From positions 91,016,001 through 91,080,000 of the forward strand of contig OX597824.1 in assembly GCA_951406725.2 (NCBI GenBank): a stretch of 64,000 nucleotides of DNA. The letters are read 5' to 3'. The first letter of the stretch is position 1; each line of letters starts with the position of its first letter. Of this stretch, positions 1 through 35,969 are shown one piece after another. This stretch comes from Octopus vulgaris. Its lineage: Eukaryota. Below the pieces are notes generated by a model, which was given only the letters and a program-made list of their open reading frames with translations, had not been told where the DNA came from and did not search any database. The position numbers and the translations under genes are program-made.

Positions 1-437
1 CAAGGCCCAAAATTTGGGGGAAGAGGCCAGTTGATTAGATCGACCCCAGTACACAACTGGTACTTTATTTATTGACCCCCGAAAGGATGAAAGATAAAGT
101 TGACATCAGTGGAATTTGAACTCCGAATGTAAAGACAGATGAAATACCGCTAAGCATTTCGCCCGCTGCATTAACGTTTCTGCCAGCTCGCTGCCTTATA
201 TGGCTGACATATTATGAGACAAGTATGGCTGTTGCAATAACTCTTTTATTTCTCTCCTTTATGATATGAGGGGAGGACATAGGGGGCTGCTTTATAGGGA
301 TACAAGGGAACAATATCGAAATTGCTGAAGGGCCAGTGCCTTTGGGGTGATATTGACAATGAATGTCAGAACGTAAATCATTTAACTTTTCCATCTTCTT
401 CATAAAATACAACAATGGTAGAAGTATTAGCTTCATA

Positions 438-865
438 GGATCCTTTCGGTTTGAATGGCAGTTTTTTTTAATAATTTCCACGTAACTAAACACTTTTAAA
501 CTTCGTATACTGGTAGAATGTGTTTATAAAACATCATTTTCTCTTGGCTTTATTGAGAAAGTACTATAGTTTGTAAGATATTTGTTGTTTTTTTCTTCAA
601 TTTCTGCAATTTCAACCAATCAATGACGTCTATTGAGGTGAAAACATTCTGTGCTGCATGAATATGTCCCTCGTTTAAGAAACAGATTGGGTTTATTTAC
701 ATTTCTGAAGAAAAAAGATACCCTTCCCCTCACCCCTAAACCTAAAACCTAACCCTAACCCTAAAACAAATTGAAATGCAATAGATCGATACTAGGGTCA
801 TAATTATGGGGTATAATTTCATATGACACCGCCAGAAAAAACTGCCGTTCAAACCGAAAAGATCC
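438..865. mobile_element. non-autonomous TIR DNA transposon (MITE) with 8-bp TSD and internal CCCTAA-like repeats
   Basis: TIRs GGATCCTTTCGGTTTGAATGGCAGTTTTT / AAAAACTGCCGTTCAAACCGAAAAGATCC; flanks GCTTCATA/GCTTCGTA. Confidence 0.8.
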
Positions 866-936
866 GCTTCGTATGAGGAATTTCAGGCACAGTTACCATT
901 TACCAAATTTCACTCAAATTTCAATGCTTCAGTTGA

Positions 937-22906
<21,970 letters not shown>

Positions 22907-23279
22907 ACTGAGCCGGCAACACCCATTGAGTCTTCTGAGCCCTGAATTCTTAAATTCTTCAATTAGCTACAGTTTTCACTCACACACACAGATACACACA
23001 CACACACACACATACAAAGACATGCACACATACGCACATATTCATATACATACACATATGAACTCACGCACACAAACATACACACATATACACAAACAAA
23101 CACACATACACACATTCATACACACACACATATGCACTCACGCACACAGACATACACACACACACAAACATGCACACATACGCATTCATACACACACTCG
23201 TATGCACTCACACACACAGACATACACACACACAAACATATACTCGCTTAAACTCTCCCTTTCTCTCTTTCATACCCTG

Positions 23280-23313
<34 letters not shown>

Positions 23314-23671
23314 GCACATATACATACATACACATAAACTTACAGACACACATGCATATACTCAAACTTCCCCTCTCTCTCATACACTAACACACACACA
23401 CACACACACACACACCTACACATGTGCATACACACACACACACCTACACACACACACACAACATACACACACACACAAACACACTGACACATATACCTAC
23501 ATCCGCTTTCCTACATTTGTTTTGCTACATGGCAACATAAAACCGTTTTCACCGATACAATAACCTTTGCCAAATTCTGTTTTGATTGGTGGTGGGTATG
23601 GGTGGAGAGGTGTGGTTGGCTGAGGAGCTGAGATTGTCTATGTATAAGTGTGTCTATCTATTTATCTAACC

Positions 23672-23702
<31 letters not shown>

Positions 23703-24446
23703 TGTGTATGTGTGTGTGCATGAATGTATGTATGCATGTGTATATGAATGTGTGTATGTATGAATGAATGTATGTATGTGTGTATCTGTATGGATGTGTG
23801 TATGTGTGTGTATAAATGTATATATGTGTATGTTTGTATTTATGTATGCATGTATGTGTATATGTGTGTATGTGTATGTAGTATGTATATGTATGTGTGT
23901 ATTCATGTATATGTACGTGTGTATATGAATGTATGTGTGTATGTGTATGTATATATGCATGTGTATATATATGTATGTGTATGTGTGTGTATGAATCTGT
24001 GTATGTATATGTATGTGTGTGTATGTATGTATATATGTATGTATATGTATGTGTGTGTATGAATGTATGTATATATGTGTTTGCTTGTGTATATTGATCT
24101 GTTTCAGGTGGGCCAACTTGGTATGTATGCGTATTCGTCAGCACACATTGTTTATTGTATGTGTATAAAAGTGTGTGTGTGTGTATGTGTATAAATATGG
24201 GTGTGTGTATGTGTACATATATATGTGTAAATGCATGTATGCGAATATGTTTGTGTGTATGTGTGTGTGTCATTTACTGCTTTAATAAGAGCATGCGTAT
24301 ACATATATATATATATATATCTTCATGTATATTTGTGTGATTGTGTGTATATAATTTTTAGTAGATTTGTTTGTGGTTATGTATGTGTGTGTGTGTGTGT
24401 GTTTAAGCCCTTGTAAATTTGTTTGTGTGCATGTAAGACAATGACA

Positions 24447-24480
<34 letters not shown>

Positions 24481-24575
24481 ATGTGGTGAGGGTCAGTTTT
24501 AATTGAAATTCTTTCATGTTTCAAAACAAAGTAATAAGACAGAGAGAGAGACAGACAGACAGACAGAGGGAGAAG

Positions 24576-24617
<42 letters not shown>

Positions 24618-24894
24618 AAATAGAACACAGTCAACAACAATAACAACAACAATAATAACAACACCATAAACAATGCCAACTGCCCTAACAATAATACCAA
24701 CAACAACAGTAACAACAGCATTGCTCAGCCTTTGCCAACAGCAATATTGTTATAATACCACAACAACAACAACAACAAAAATATTAACAACAACAACAAC
24801 AAAAAGACATTCATTAAAATTAACTTCAACAACAATAACAACATCGTTAATGATGGAATCAACCAAAAAGAACAAAAAATTGTGCCAAACAAAA

Positions 24895-25520
24895 GGTCTT
24901 TTCTTTTCTTCTTTATCTTTCCTTCCTCCACTCATCTCTTTCTTCCCTTCTCTTCTCTTCTTTCTTTCTTCCCAAAATTTCTTTTTCTTCTTTCTGTCTT
25001 CCTTTCTCCCCTCATTTCTTTCTTTCTTTCTTACTTTCTTGCTTTCTTTCTTTCCTTCCTTCTTTCTTACTTTCTGTCTTTCTATGTTTCTTTGTTTCGT
25101 TCTTCCTCCCCTCATCTTTTTCTTCCTTCCTTCCTTCCTTCCTCCTTCATTTCTTTCTTTCTTTCTTTCTTCCCCAAATTTCTTTTTCTTCTTTCTTTCT
25201 TTCTTTCTTTCTTTCTCCCCTCATCTTTTTTTTTCTTCCTTCCTTCCTCCTTCCCCTCATTTCTTTCTTCTTTACTTCCTTCATTTCTTCTTTCCTTCAG
25301 TTCTTTCTTTAGTTTTTTTCATTCCCGTTCTTATGTCTTTCCTCACTTCTTTCTTCCTATCTTCTTTTCTCCCCTCATTTCTTCATCTCTTTCTTCTTTT
25401 CTTTCTTTCTTTTTCCCTGTTTCTCTCTTTCTTCCTTTCTTTCATTTCCTTTCATTTCTTTCCTTTTGCCTTTCCTTCCTGTTTTGCTGCTTTCTCTTAT
25501 TCTTCAAGATTCTTCTTTCA
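24895..25520. repeat. long polypyrimidine (CT-rich) low-complexity tract
   Basis: (CTTT)n/(CCTT)n mosaic. Confidence 0.85.
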
Positions 25521-25917
25521 TTGTTTCACACACACACATATATATATATTATATTATATTATTTACCTCCACCTCCCCACCTCCCACCATCCCCCCATCC
25601 TCTTCAGTTTCTTTCCAATGCTATGCAAAGTATAAACCTCTTCTCCATGTCCCTGTAGCACATGGAGGGTCCTAGATTCGTCGTCTTTCAGCAGAATTTT
25701 GTTTTTGTTTCTTTTTTAGAACAGAAAACAACGAAAATAAAATCAAGATTTACAAAATAAATGAATAATTAAATTAATTAATAAATTAATTAAAATTTAG
25801 AAATAAATTTTAAAAAATAAAATGAAATTGTCTGTTTCTTTATTTTTCTTTAAAAAATATGGAATGGGCACAGCTGGTGGCAGGGGTAAGAAATTTGCTT
25901 CACAAATTAAAAGAAGC

Positions 25918-25979
<62 letters not shown>

Positions 25980-26449
25980 GGGAGAGTTCACGAAAAAACA
26001 AAAGACGAAGACAGGTGGTGTACAAAACAAACAGATGTATTAGTATAATGCTCAGGAACTGAAAAATTCTTTTACATTTTGAGCCTATGCTCTTCTACAG
26101 AAAGGAACACAGAAAGAAACAAGGGGAGAAAAAATGTGTGTAGTGGTTACCGATCTGAAGTAAATAGACACCTTTAATCTTCAACATCTTTTATTTGATA
26201 TTAATTGGTTGAAGGAGAGATTTTCTTCTAGCTGCTCATCCATAATACCCAAGCTTATGCAGATATGTAACACACGTTCTTGGACTAACTTGTTGTTTTG
26301 CAATGTCAGAAGCCTTCAAACAGGGTTCGTTTTCCACAATTCTCTTCAAACAGGAAGGCTTTCTTTCCGAGGGCCCAGGTCAGCCAGGATGAGAATCTGT
26401 TGATTCTTTTCCTTGGCTATTGAATTGCAACATAATTCTATTAACAGTA

Positions 26450-26820
26450 GCAAGAGGAATGCTGGGGCACTGCCTTGAAGAATTTTCTTTTTAGTTGAAT
26501 GAATTGACCCCAGGACTTATTTTTTTAAAGAGTGCTACTTATTCTATCGATCCTTTTAGCTGAACTGCTAAGTCATGGGACCATAAATACACCAGCACCA
26601 GTTGTCAAGCAGTGGTGGAGGAACAAACACAGGCACACAGACACACACACATAGATAGATATAGGATGGGCTTCTTTCAGTTTCCATCTATCACACCCTC
26701 TCTCAAGGTTTTTGGTCAGCCCAAGGCCATAGTAGAAAGCATATGCTCAAGGTGTCATGCAGTGGGACTGAACCCAGAACCATGTGGTTGGGAAGCAGAA
26801 TTCATACCACACAGCTAGGT
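26450..26820 (-). mobile_element. SINE family 1, diverged
   Basis: Homology to 22238-22646. Confidence 0.7.
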
Positions 26821-26974
26821 CTGTGCCAATAAATTGATATATATTGAATTCTAATAAAGGCCCAAAGTCACAGATTATGTAAAATGGTATGCTTGATTGT
26901 AATTACCCAACTACATAACTGGTATTTTTTATTTTAATGACCCCCAGAAAGATCGGTGATGTAATTAGAGTGGG

Positions 26975-27402
26975 TGCTGCCTATGGCAGCCTTTGAATTT
27001 ACCAGCCTCACCACTGGGCCAATACAGTCTTTACAAGTTAATATAACATATCTAAAAGAGACAATTCTGTAAATGCATAGCTCGGGGTGAACCGTTCCCA
27101 TTGCCACCCCACTTTCAATATGCTACTGAGAAAGATGAATGGCAAAGTGACCCAGGAGGAATTTGAACTCGGAATGTAAACAACCATGATGTTGCCCATG
27201 GCAAACTTTGAATTTACCAGCCTCACCACTGGGCCAATACAGTCTTTGCAAGTTAATATACCATATCTAAAAGAGTCACTTCTGTAAAAGCATAGCTCGG
27301 GGTGAACCGTTCCCATTGCCACCCCACTTTCAATATGCTGCTGAGAAAAATGAATGGCAAAGTGACCCTGGAGGAATTTGAACTCGGAATGTAAACAACC
27401 AT
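26975..27402. repeat. tandem duplication, period 215 bp
   Basis: CTTTGAATTTACCAGCC at 26991 and 27206. Confidence 0.88.
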
Positions 27403-27727
27403 AAATTAAATACTCCCATGGCATTCTGCTTAACACCAAGAATATTGCCAGACAGTTAGTGGGGTGGGGGTGGGGGCGGCAGAGAGCTTGTGATGGTGGA
27501 CTTCAAAGGAAGTGACAAATTAAGAAAATTAATTATTTAATTGGTGTGATTAGAGCAAAGAGAGAACGTTTTCTCATGTTGATGATCAGAACAGGAATGT
27601 TGGAGTGTGAGGAGGACAGCTGTATTACTGGAATGTATTACAGGCATGTTGAGTGGGGGGAGGGGAACGAGTCTGCTACTGTGGTGTTGCATGTGTTTGT
27701 AGCAATGTCTGTCTGTCTGTCTATCTG

Positions 27728-27774
<47 letters not shown>

Positions 27775-27890
27775 GTCTGTCTTTTCATCTATCTATCTGT
27801 CTGTCTGTCAATCTGTCCATCCGTCCATCCGTCTATCCATTCGTCTGTCTGACTGCCTATCTGTCGGTCTGTTCATCCATCTGTCAATCA

Positions 27891-27934
<44 letters not shown>

Positions 27935-28038
27935 GTCTGTCTGTCTGTCTGTCTGTCTGTATGTCTGTCTGTCTGTCTGTTTATGTGTGATATGCATGTC
28001 TGTACGTATATACGTGTGTGTGTATGTATGTGTATATA

Positions 28039-28102
<64 letters not shown>

Positions 28103-29711
28103 TATATACGTATATGTGTGCGTGTGTGTTTGGTGTACGTACATGTGTGCTTGTGTGGTGGTGCGGGATTTTAGTGGTCAGAGTGTTGAACTCGTGAACG
28201 TAAGATTGTGATTTCGATTCCTGGACCGGGTGATGCATTTTGTTCTTGAGCAAAACACTTCATTTCCCACTGCCCCAGTCCACTCAGCTGCTAAAATCAG
28301 TAATACACCTACGGACCGGCGTGCGTGCGCACATGTACGTGTATGTGTGTATTTATACACACACACGTACGCATATGTATGTATGCATGTACTATTTTCT
28401 TATGGTTGTGCCTGTATTGTAATCTAATCTCCTGAATGAAGATGCAACTTAGTGGTTAAAAAGTAAGCGTCATAATCATGGGGTCCCGTGTTCGATACTC
28501 CTGTGTTGCTAAGTGAACCAGTAAAATAATATTTTTTTTTTTTTAATCATTGTCTTGGATCAGACTAATCCTCTTAAGGGAAACTGGGTAGACATAGACA
28601 TTTCAGAAGTGCAAATGCTGGGCTGATCCAATGGCTGAAACAAGTAAAAGAAAGATAATCATAAACGTAGATAAATAAATAAATAAATTACTTTATCTCT
28701 CGTTTCTTGAAAATGTCAAAATAGCATTTGTATCTGTACCAGCAAGTTTACCAAAACTAGTGCACCCATTATTGTATTTCTCACCGGATTTTGTGAAACA
28801 GAACCGATGGTTATATCTGAAGACGTTTATCTCTAAATTATTGGAAGAACAAATCAATAAATATAACAAACATTAACTTGTCTCGCAAAGATAAGAGGAT
28901 TAACTACTTATTATTTAAGACTCGGAACACAAGCCAATGTCTAACTAATTGAAACTTTTTCGTCTTATTCAATAAGCGTTTATATAATATCTTATCTTGA
29001 ATTCTGCTTGTTGTAATTTATCTGTATTGGCATCAAAATTAAGTTAATTACGTGCTGCATTTCCAGACGAGATTTAACAACTAATCTACTTCACAGCGCT
29101 GTCTACCCGTCTTAAAAACGGAAGGACATATAGGATATTTTAATCATAAATATACCATGCTTGAATAAAGTCTGTATGGTCATAACTGGAACATTGTGAA
29201 GCACAGGTGTGCTCGACACTGCTGATCACAGAAAGCGTTGCTAAATAGTAACATCTTCACACGAGGCCGATATCTGTAATAATTCCCTTCGCATCGAGAA
29301 TGCGCTATAGGAATATTGACTTGAACCAAGTACTTCAATGGTACTTTATTTTATCGAAACAGAGGAAGAAAAGCAAAGTTGACATAGGCAGTCCGATTTT
29401 TATGCCCTGAATTCAGGACATAAAAAAAGACCGCCGCTAAATGTTTCAGTAATTTTGTTTACAACTCTACCGATTCCGGCAGTAATATATATTATTAATG
29501 GTTTTCTGATATCGTACCAAGGTCCTACACTATTGGCAGTCCTTTATGTGGTCACCCACAGCTTTTACAATGAACTAGAAATCAGTTTTAATGCAAATCA
29601 TTAACAGATGTAATTATATCCCGGATACATAAATACATTGTGCGTGTATGTTAGATATGTCTTCAACCGCAAAGTCCTAGAATAAAATACATTAACACCC
29701 AACTATCATCC

Positions 29712-30099
29712 ACCAGAGACAAGAAAAGACCGAAGACTCACTACATAAACATAGGACAGCCCATCTTCAGCTGCCTGATCGGATGTCTTTACGGCTTCGA
29801 TACTTGATGGCTTGAACTCAAAACGCTGAGAATCGTAATAAATACCACAAGGATTTCTATCCAACGTTCTGACGAATCTGCCACATTGGCACCTTACTCA
29901 TTTATCGACCAGAGACAAGAAAAGACCGAATATACACTACATAAACATGGGATAGCCCATCCGCAGCTGCTTGAACGGATCTCTTTACGGTTTCGATACT
30001 TGATGGCTTGAACTCAAAACGCTGAGAATCGTAATAAATACCACAAGGATTTCTATCCAACGTTCTGACGAATCTGCCATATTGGCACCTTACTCATTT
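29712..30099. repeat. tandem duplication, period 196 bp
   Basis: ACCAGAGACAAGAAAAGACCGAA at 29712 and 29908. Confidence 0.88.
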
Positions 30100-30632
30100 C
30101 CTAAATAATACACAACCTAAACTTGTAAGCAATCTCTCTGGTTGCCAAACTTATGTTGCGTGTAACAGACACATGTCTTGAATGTGTAGCTCTCCTTGAA
30201 GTCAATACCTCAAGGATCTCGTCGTCTTATACATTATTTTCAGCTTACAATTTTACACTACGACCCCCACACGCTCACCAAATATATTTATATTATCATT
30301 CTCAGATTACATCACAGACACAGCTGTTGCACAATAACAGCCCCTGCATCAACCACTGAGAAACCTGGCTCCAGATAAATAGACGAGAAGGTAGCACAGC
30401 CAAGCATATCACCCAACGGCATAAACAAACATTCCGCACACATACACAATGAAAGACAAAAACATATATATACAGGAATTAAGTACTTCACCTCTGCAAC
30501 ATTATCACAGCTCTTAGAAGATAATAAAATTAGCAAGACGAGGGCGTAAGCGGTACTTACAGCTTTTACCAGGCACCACATTTAGCCAACCCAAATAAAC
30601 ATCAATATTATTGTACAAACAATACCTGATAT

Positions 30633-30844
30633 TACTCTTTTACTCTTTTACTTGTTTCAGTCATTTGAAACTGCGGCCATGCTGGAGCACCGCCTTTTTA
30701 GTCGAGCAAATCGACCCCGGAACTTATTCTTTGTAAGCCCAGTACTTATTCTATCGGTCTCTTTTGCCGAACCGCTAAGTGACGGGGACGTAAACACACC
30801 AGCATCGGTTGTCAGGCAATGCTAGGGGGACAAACACAGACACA

Positions 30845-30924
<80 letters not shown>

Positions 30925-31083
30925 TACGACAGGCTTCTTTCAGTTTCTGTCTACCAAATCCACTCACAAGGCATTGGTCGGCCCGGGGCTATAGCAGAAG
31001 ACACTTGCCCAAGATGCCACGCAGTGGGACTGAACCCGGAACCATGTGGTTGGTTAGCAAGCTACTTACCACACAGCCACTCC
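30633..31083 (-). mobile_element. SINE family 1, full length
   Basis: Homology to 22238-22646. Confidence 0.85.
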
Positions 31084-31109
31084 ATTATCTTCCATAATAT
31101 ATACAAAGT

Positions 31110-31492
31110 GGGAGGCGCAATGGCCCAGTGGTTAGGGCAGCGGACTCGCAGTCATAGGATCGCGGTTTCGATTCCCAGACCGGGCGTTGTGAGTGTTTAT
31201 TGAGCGAAAACACCTAAAGCTCCACGAGGCTCCGGCAGGGGATGGTGGTGATCCCTGCTGTACTCTTTCACCACAACTTGCTCTCACTCTTACTTCCTGT
31301 TTCTGTTGTACCTATATTTCAAAGGGCCGGCCTTGTCACTCTCTGTGTCGCGCTGAATATCCCCGAGAACTACGTTAAGGGTACACGTGTCTGTGGAGTG
31401 CTCAGCCACTTACACGTTAATTTCACGAGCAGGCTGTTCCGTTGATTCGGATCAACCGGAACCCTCATCGTCGTAACCGACGGAGTGCTTCC
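31110..31492 (+). mobile_element. SINE family 3 (tRNA-like head TGGCCCAGTGG...GTTTCGATTCC), full length
   Basis: A and B boxes; body and tail shared with the split copy at 39637-39860 + 40428-40518. Confidence 0.75.
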
Positions 31493-32086
31493 ATATACAA
31501 AGTGAAAAGCCCTGTTGTTGTCGTCTACGCTACTTGAGTTCTAGTACACCGGGGGGGCAGTTGGCATGATCTTGACCATTTATTCTTTTATTTGTTTCAG
31601 TCGGCGGCCATGCTGGAGCACCACCTTTAGTCGATCAGATCGACCCCCAGGACTTATTCTTTGTAAGCCTAGTACTTATCGGTCTCTCTTGCAGTTTCCG
31701 CCTACCAAATCCACTCACAAGGCTTTGGTCGAACCGAGGCTATACTAGAAGACACTTGCCGAAAGTGCCACGCAGTGGGACTGAACCCGGAACCATAATG
31801 TAATTTGTACCTATCCCTGTGCAGTAACACCTCACTTTACGAAGACTCGCTTTACGACAAGCCGGGTTTACGAGTTTTACTTGATAAGCACAAAATCTAA
31901 ATTTTGAACGAAGTGCAAATGTTTCTGCTACCATAAAGGAGTGGCTGTGTGGTAAGAAGCTTGCTTCTAAACCACATGGTTCCGGGTTCAGTCCCACTAC
32001 GTGACACCTTGGGCAAGTGTCTTCTGCTATAGCCTCGGGCCGACTAAAGCCTCGTGAGTGAATTTGGTAGACAGAAACTGCCCGCC

Positions 32087-32164
<78 letters not shown>

Positions 32165-32176
32165 GCAGCACGAAGT

Positions 32177-32227
32177 TTTGTCAGTGAACAGGTCGCGGTC
32201 TCAAAACGACGAAAATATTTTGACAAA
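32177..32227 (+). ncRNA. minimal hammerhead-like motif, G3:C8 core variant (family C)
   Basis: TTTGTCA-GTGAACA-G-GTCG(..)CGAC-GAA-AATATT-T-TGACAAA. Confidence 0.6.
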
Positions 32228-32365
32228 CTAAATTTAAATGTTGAAGTGAATCTAACGGTTTTTGTGTGTTTCTTAAATGGCTTAGAAACACCTTCCACGC
32301 TGCAGTTGTATTCATTCCAGCACACGATCTCAGATCAAGTCACTTGCTATGCAAGTACATCTCCG

Positions 32366-32423
<58 letters not shown>

Positions 32424-32514
32424 TATGCAAGCAATTATAAATCTCTGAACGAGGTATAAACAGTAACTGCACGACAATGTGAGGTATATTTGCCATCTCA
32501 ATATGGCTAACCAC

Positions 32515-32640
32515 TAAGGGTGGGTGTTACTGTAGCTTGTAGCCCCAGGAGAACATCTCCTCCAGCTGGGCACAGAAAGTGTGCCTAAAGCCAGCTGGAG
32601 GAGATGTTCTCCTGGGGCTACAAGCTACAGTAACACCCTC

Positions 32641-32645
<5 letters not shown>
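32515..32645. repeat. near-perfect inverted repeat, 55-bp arms, 21-bp spacer
   Basis: 32515-32569 vs 32591-32645, 1 mismatch. Confidence 0.92.
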
Positions 32646-32726
<81 letters not shown>

Positions 32727-33174
32727 TTTGGTTGGCATATTTGTAGGTAACTCGTGATGTATAAATATAGAAATTGGAATTCGTTCTTTGGCAGAGCGTA
32801 GGTTCGATCTGCAGCCCTCTGATTCGTGTTTCCAGCACGTTTTCACTACTTTACTTTGTTCAACAAGCGATTAAGCAAATATACAATGTACCATTTCTTA
32901 TACTGTCTGTTCTGGCTTACATAATTTCTATTACATCGCCCAGCAATGTTTTTTTTTAATTAATTAATTAATTAATTATTAATAAGGCACTGAAAGAGAA
33001 TGACTCTCCCCAGACACAACAGTATCATCATTAATTTCTATGCATTAAACTGTCAAATGAGCAAAAATGCAGTAATTACACGACGCATCCTGCAGAATAG
33101 GGGCATTAATTTATTTGCTGAAAGGCGACATCACGCTCAGCTGATGCTTCGAGAGTCCCATTTTGACAAACAAC

Positions 33175-33893
33175 GGATCTTTTCTGTTTGAACGGCAGTT
33201 TTTAAAAATAATTTCCAGGCGCAGGAGTGGCTGTGTGTTAAGTAACTTCTTTACCAACCACATGGTTCTGGGTTCAGTCCCACTGCGTGGCACCTTGGGC
33301 AAGTGTCTTCCACTATAGCCTCGGGCCGACCAAAGCCTTGTGAGTAGATTTGGTAGACGGAAACTGAAAGAAGCCCGTCGTATATATGTATATATATGCA
33401 TATGTGTGTGTGCGTGTATGTTTGTGTTTGTCCCCCTAGCATTGCTTGACAACCGATGCTGGTGTGTTTATGTCCCCGTTACTTAGCGGTTCGGCAAAAA
33501 GAGACCGATAAAATAAGTACTGGGCTTACAAAAGAATAAGTCCCGGGGTCGAGTTGCTCGATTAAAGGCGGTGCTCCAGCATGGCCGCAGTCAAATGACT
33601 GAAACAAATAAAAGAGTAAAGAGTAAAGAGTATACTGGTAGAATGTGTTTATAAAACATCTTTTTCTCTTGGCTTTATTGAGAAAATTCTATAGTTTGTA
33701 AGATATTTGTTGTTGTTTTTTCTTCAATTTCTGCAATTTCAACCAATCAATGGGCGTCTATTGAGGTGAAAACATTCTGTGCCGTATGAATATGTCCCTC
33801 GTTTAAGAAACAGATTGGGTTTATTTACATTTCTGAAGAAAAAAGATATCCTTCCCCCCACCCCTAACCCTAAAACAGATTGAAATGCAATAG
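33175..33893. mobile_element. second, 3'-truncated copy of the 438-865 MITE, interrupted by a SINE
   Basis: 33175-33217 and 33631-33893 align to the first copy. Confidence 0.8.
33218..33630 (+). mobile_element. SINE family 1, full length, inserted in a MITE
   Basis: Homology to 22238-22646; interrupts 33175-33893. Confidence 0.85.
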
Positions 33894-34216
33894 AAGAACC
33901 CAGGAATATACCGACAAATGGCACATCATTTGACCTGGACTGACAGACTGCTACCAGACCATTTACATTACGAAATCATTCTAATAATAAAATAATAATA
34001 ATAATAATGAAATTATTGTATACATTGCTCAGGTGCACCACAACCGAACAAAATAATTGATGGTTCAATTATCAATACATGAGGATCGAACCGTATTATA
34101 CATGTATACATATACGTGGTTGCATTGGAAAGCGAGTTACTTAACAACACAGCCATGCCTCGTAGGTCTTAATATACAGAAGACATTGCTGCTATTCTAG
34201 CAGCTTTAATGACCAC

Positions 34217-34591
34217 AGAGTAGCTTGTGTGTGCGTAGATAGTGTGTGCTGCTCGGGGCAGCCCTTCCATTTGCTGCCTCCGGACCCCACAAAAAACACA
34301 TATTGCCTACAGCAAACTCCAAAGTGCCACCCGGGGTGGACCGCCCCTAGTCTCTCCCCCCACCCTTAGCTACGCTAGTGCATGTATACACGCATACATA
34401 TACATACATATATACATTACATGCATACACACCACTAGTGTAGCTAGGGTGTGTGCCGCCCGGGGTGGCCCTTCCGTTTGTCGCCCCACCCCCCTCCAGA
34501 CCCTACAAAAAAGCACATATTACCTACAGCAGAGCTAAAAGTACCGCCGGGGTGGACCGCCCCTACCGAACTCCCACCCAGCTACGCTAGT
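34217..34591. mobile_element. two tandem copies of a short GC-rich MITE
   Basis: TIR CACTAGTGTAGCT / AGCTACGCTAGTG (34432-34591); diverged copy at 34217-34381. Confidence 0.55.
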
Positions 34592-35516
34592 GATATGCAT
34601 ACACACACACACACACACACACACACATACCCCCCCCACACACACACACACACAAACACAAACACACGCGCTCGTGCGATCACGCACATACGCACAATTC
34701 TCGTTTACCAAATTCCTTCACAAGGCATTGGTCGGCCTGGGGTTATAAAAGAAAAAAAAAAACTTTTCCCCAAAAGTGCCGCACGGTGGAATTGAAACCG
34801 AAACCACTCGATCGCAAAGCGTGCTTCTTAATCGCATGTAATCTAATCTTGATGACTCGTTTCATTTGTATCCAGCCTCTGCTAATACTGTTACAGATCG
34901 TAGGTGGTCGCTCGATTTGCTAAAAATAACAACCAAATCTTCCCTTTGAAAAGCACACTACCATCTTGGATAAAAAAGCGCACTGGACAATGTACACCTA
35001 GATACACGATGCCTGAAAATATAACAACGCACGTCTAACACAGCTGGGGACGCTTTTCATTTATAGATTTACTCGATCAGGGTTGACCTAGGGTTAAATT
35101 GCAATAATATGAACAACAGCAACGCGAAGACAACAACGAGCCTCGACAGAGCTGCTCTGTGGTCATTAAAGCTGCTAGAAATAGCAGCATGTCTTCTGCA
35201 TATCAAGCCTCATGAGGAATGGTTGTGTGGTTAAGAAGGTCGCTTTCCAATGCAACCACGAGGTTTGGGGTTCACTCCCATTGCGCTGCACCTTAGGCAG
35301 GCAAGTGTCTTCTGCTATAGCCCTGGGCTAACCAATAGCGCGTGAGTGAGTTTGATAGGCAGAAACTGTGGGGAAGCCCATCGTGTGTGTATGTGTGTGT
35401 GGGGGTGCCTCTGTGTGTTTGTGTATAAGTGTATCTGTCTGTTTGTCCTCACTGCGGCTTGGCAACCGGTGTTGGTTTGTTTACGATAGAATAAGTACTA
35501 GACATTTTTTTTTTTT

Positions 35517-35823
35517 AATGTTACTGAGGTTGATTTGTTCGACTAAACCCGTCAAGGCGGTGCCCCAGCTTGGCCGCATTCCAATGAATGGAACAAGTAA
35601 ATGATAAAGGACATGTCAGATAACGCTGTCTTAGAATCGCCTTTAAATAAGACGGAATGGTCACGTTTGGAATGTACTGAGGTCGATTAGTTCGACTAAG
35701 CCCGTCAAGGCGGTGCCCCAGCTTGGCCGCATTCCAATGAGTGAAACAAGTAAACGATAAAGGACATATTAGATAATGCTGTCCTAGAATCGCCTTTGAA
35801 TAAGGCGGAATGGTCACGTTTGG
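35517..35823. repeat. tandem duplication, period 153 bp (SINE tail plus flank)
   Basis: ACTGAGG at 35523 and 35676. Confidence 0.85.
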
Positions 35824-35930
35824 ATTGATTTCGATCAGAGGTTTGTTTATCAGTCCGATACGCAACTAAACAAGTCTTTGTCTAATGACATAATGTTGTA
35901 CATCTTCACAAGCAGTGTCTATTACTACTG

Positions 35931-35969
<39 letters not shown>

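Noticed and set aside
733-766. Telomere-like CCCTAA repeats
   Set aside because: Short, degenerate and internal to a MITE (also at ~33861); not a telomere.
24673-25658. 320-aa and 258-aa F/S/L-rich ORFs
   Set aside because: Translations of a CT-rich low-complexity tract.
28440-28503. Possible tRNA-Met(CAT)
   Set aside because: A/B-box-like motifs only; acceptor and anticodon stems do not pair, so more likely a decayed SINE head.
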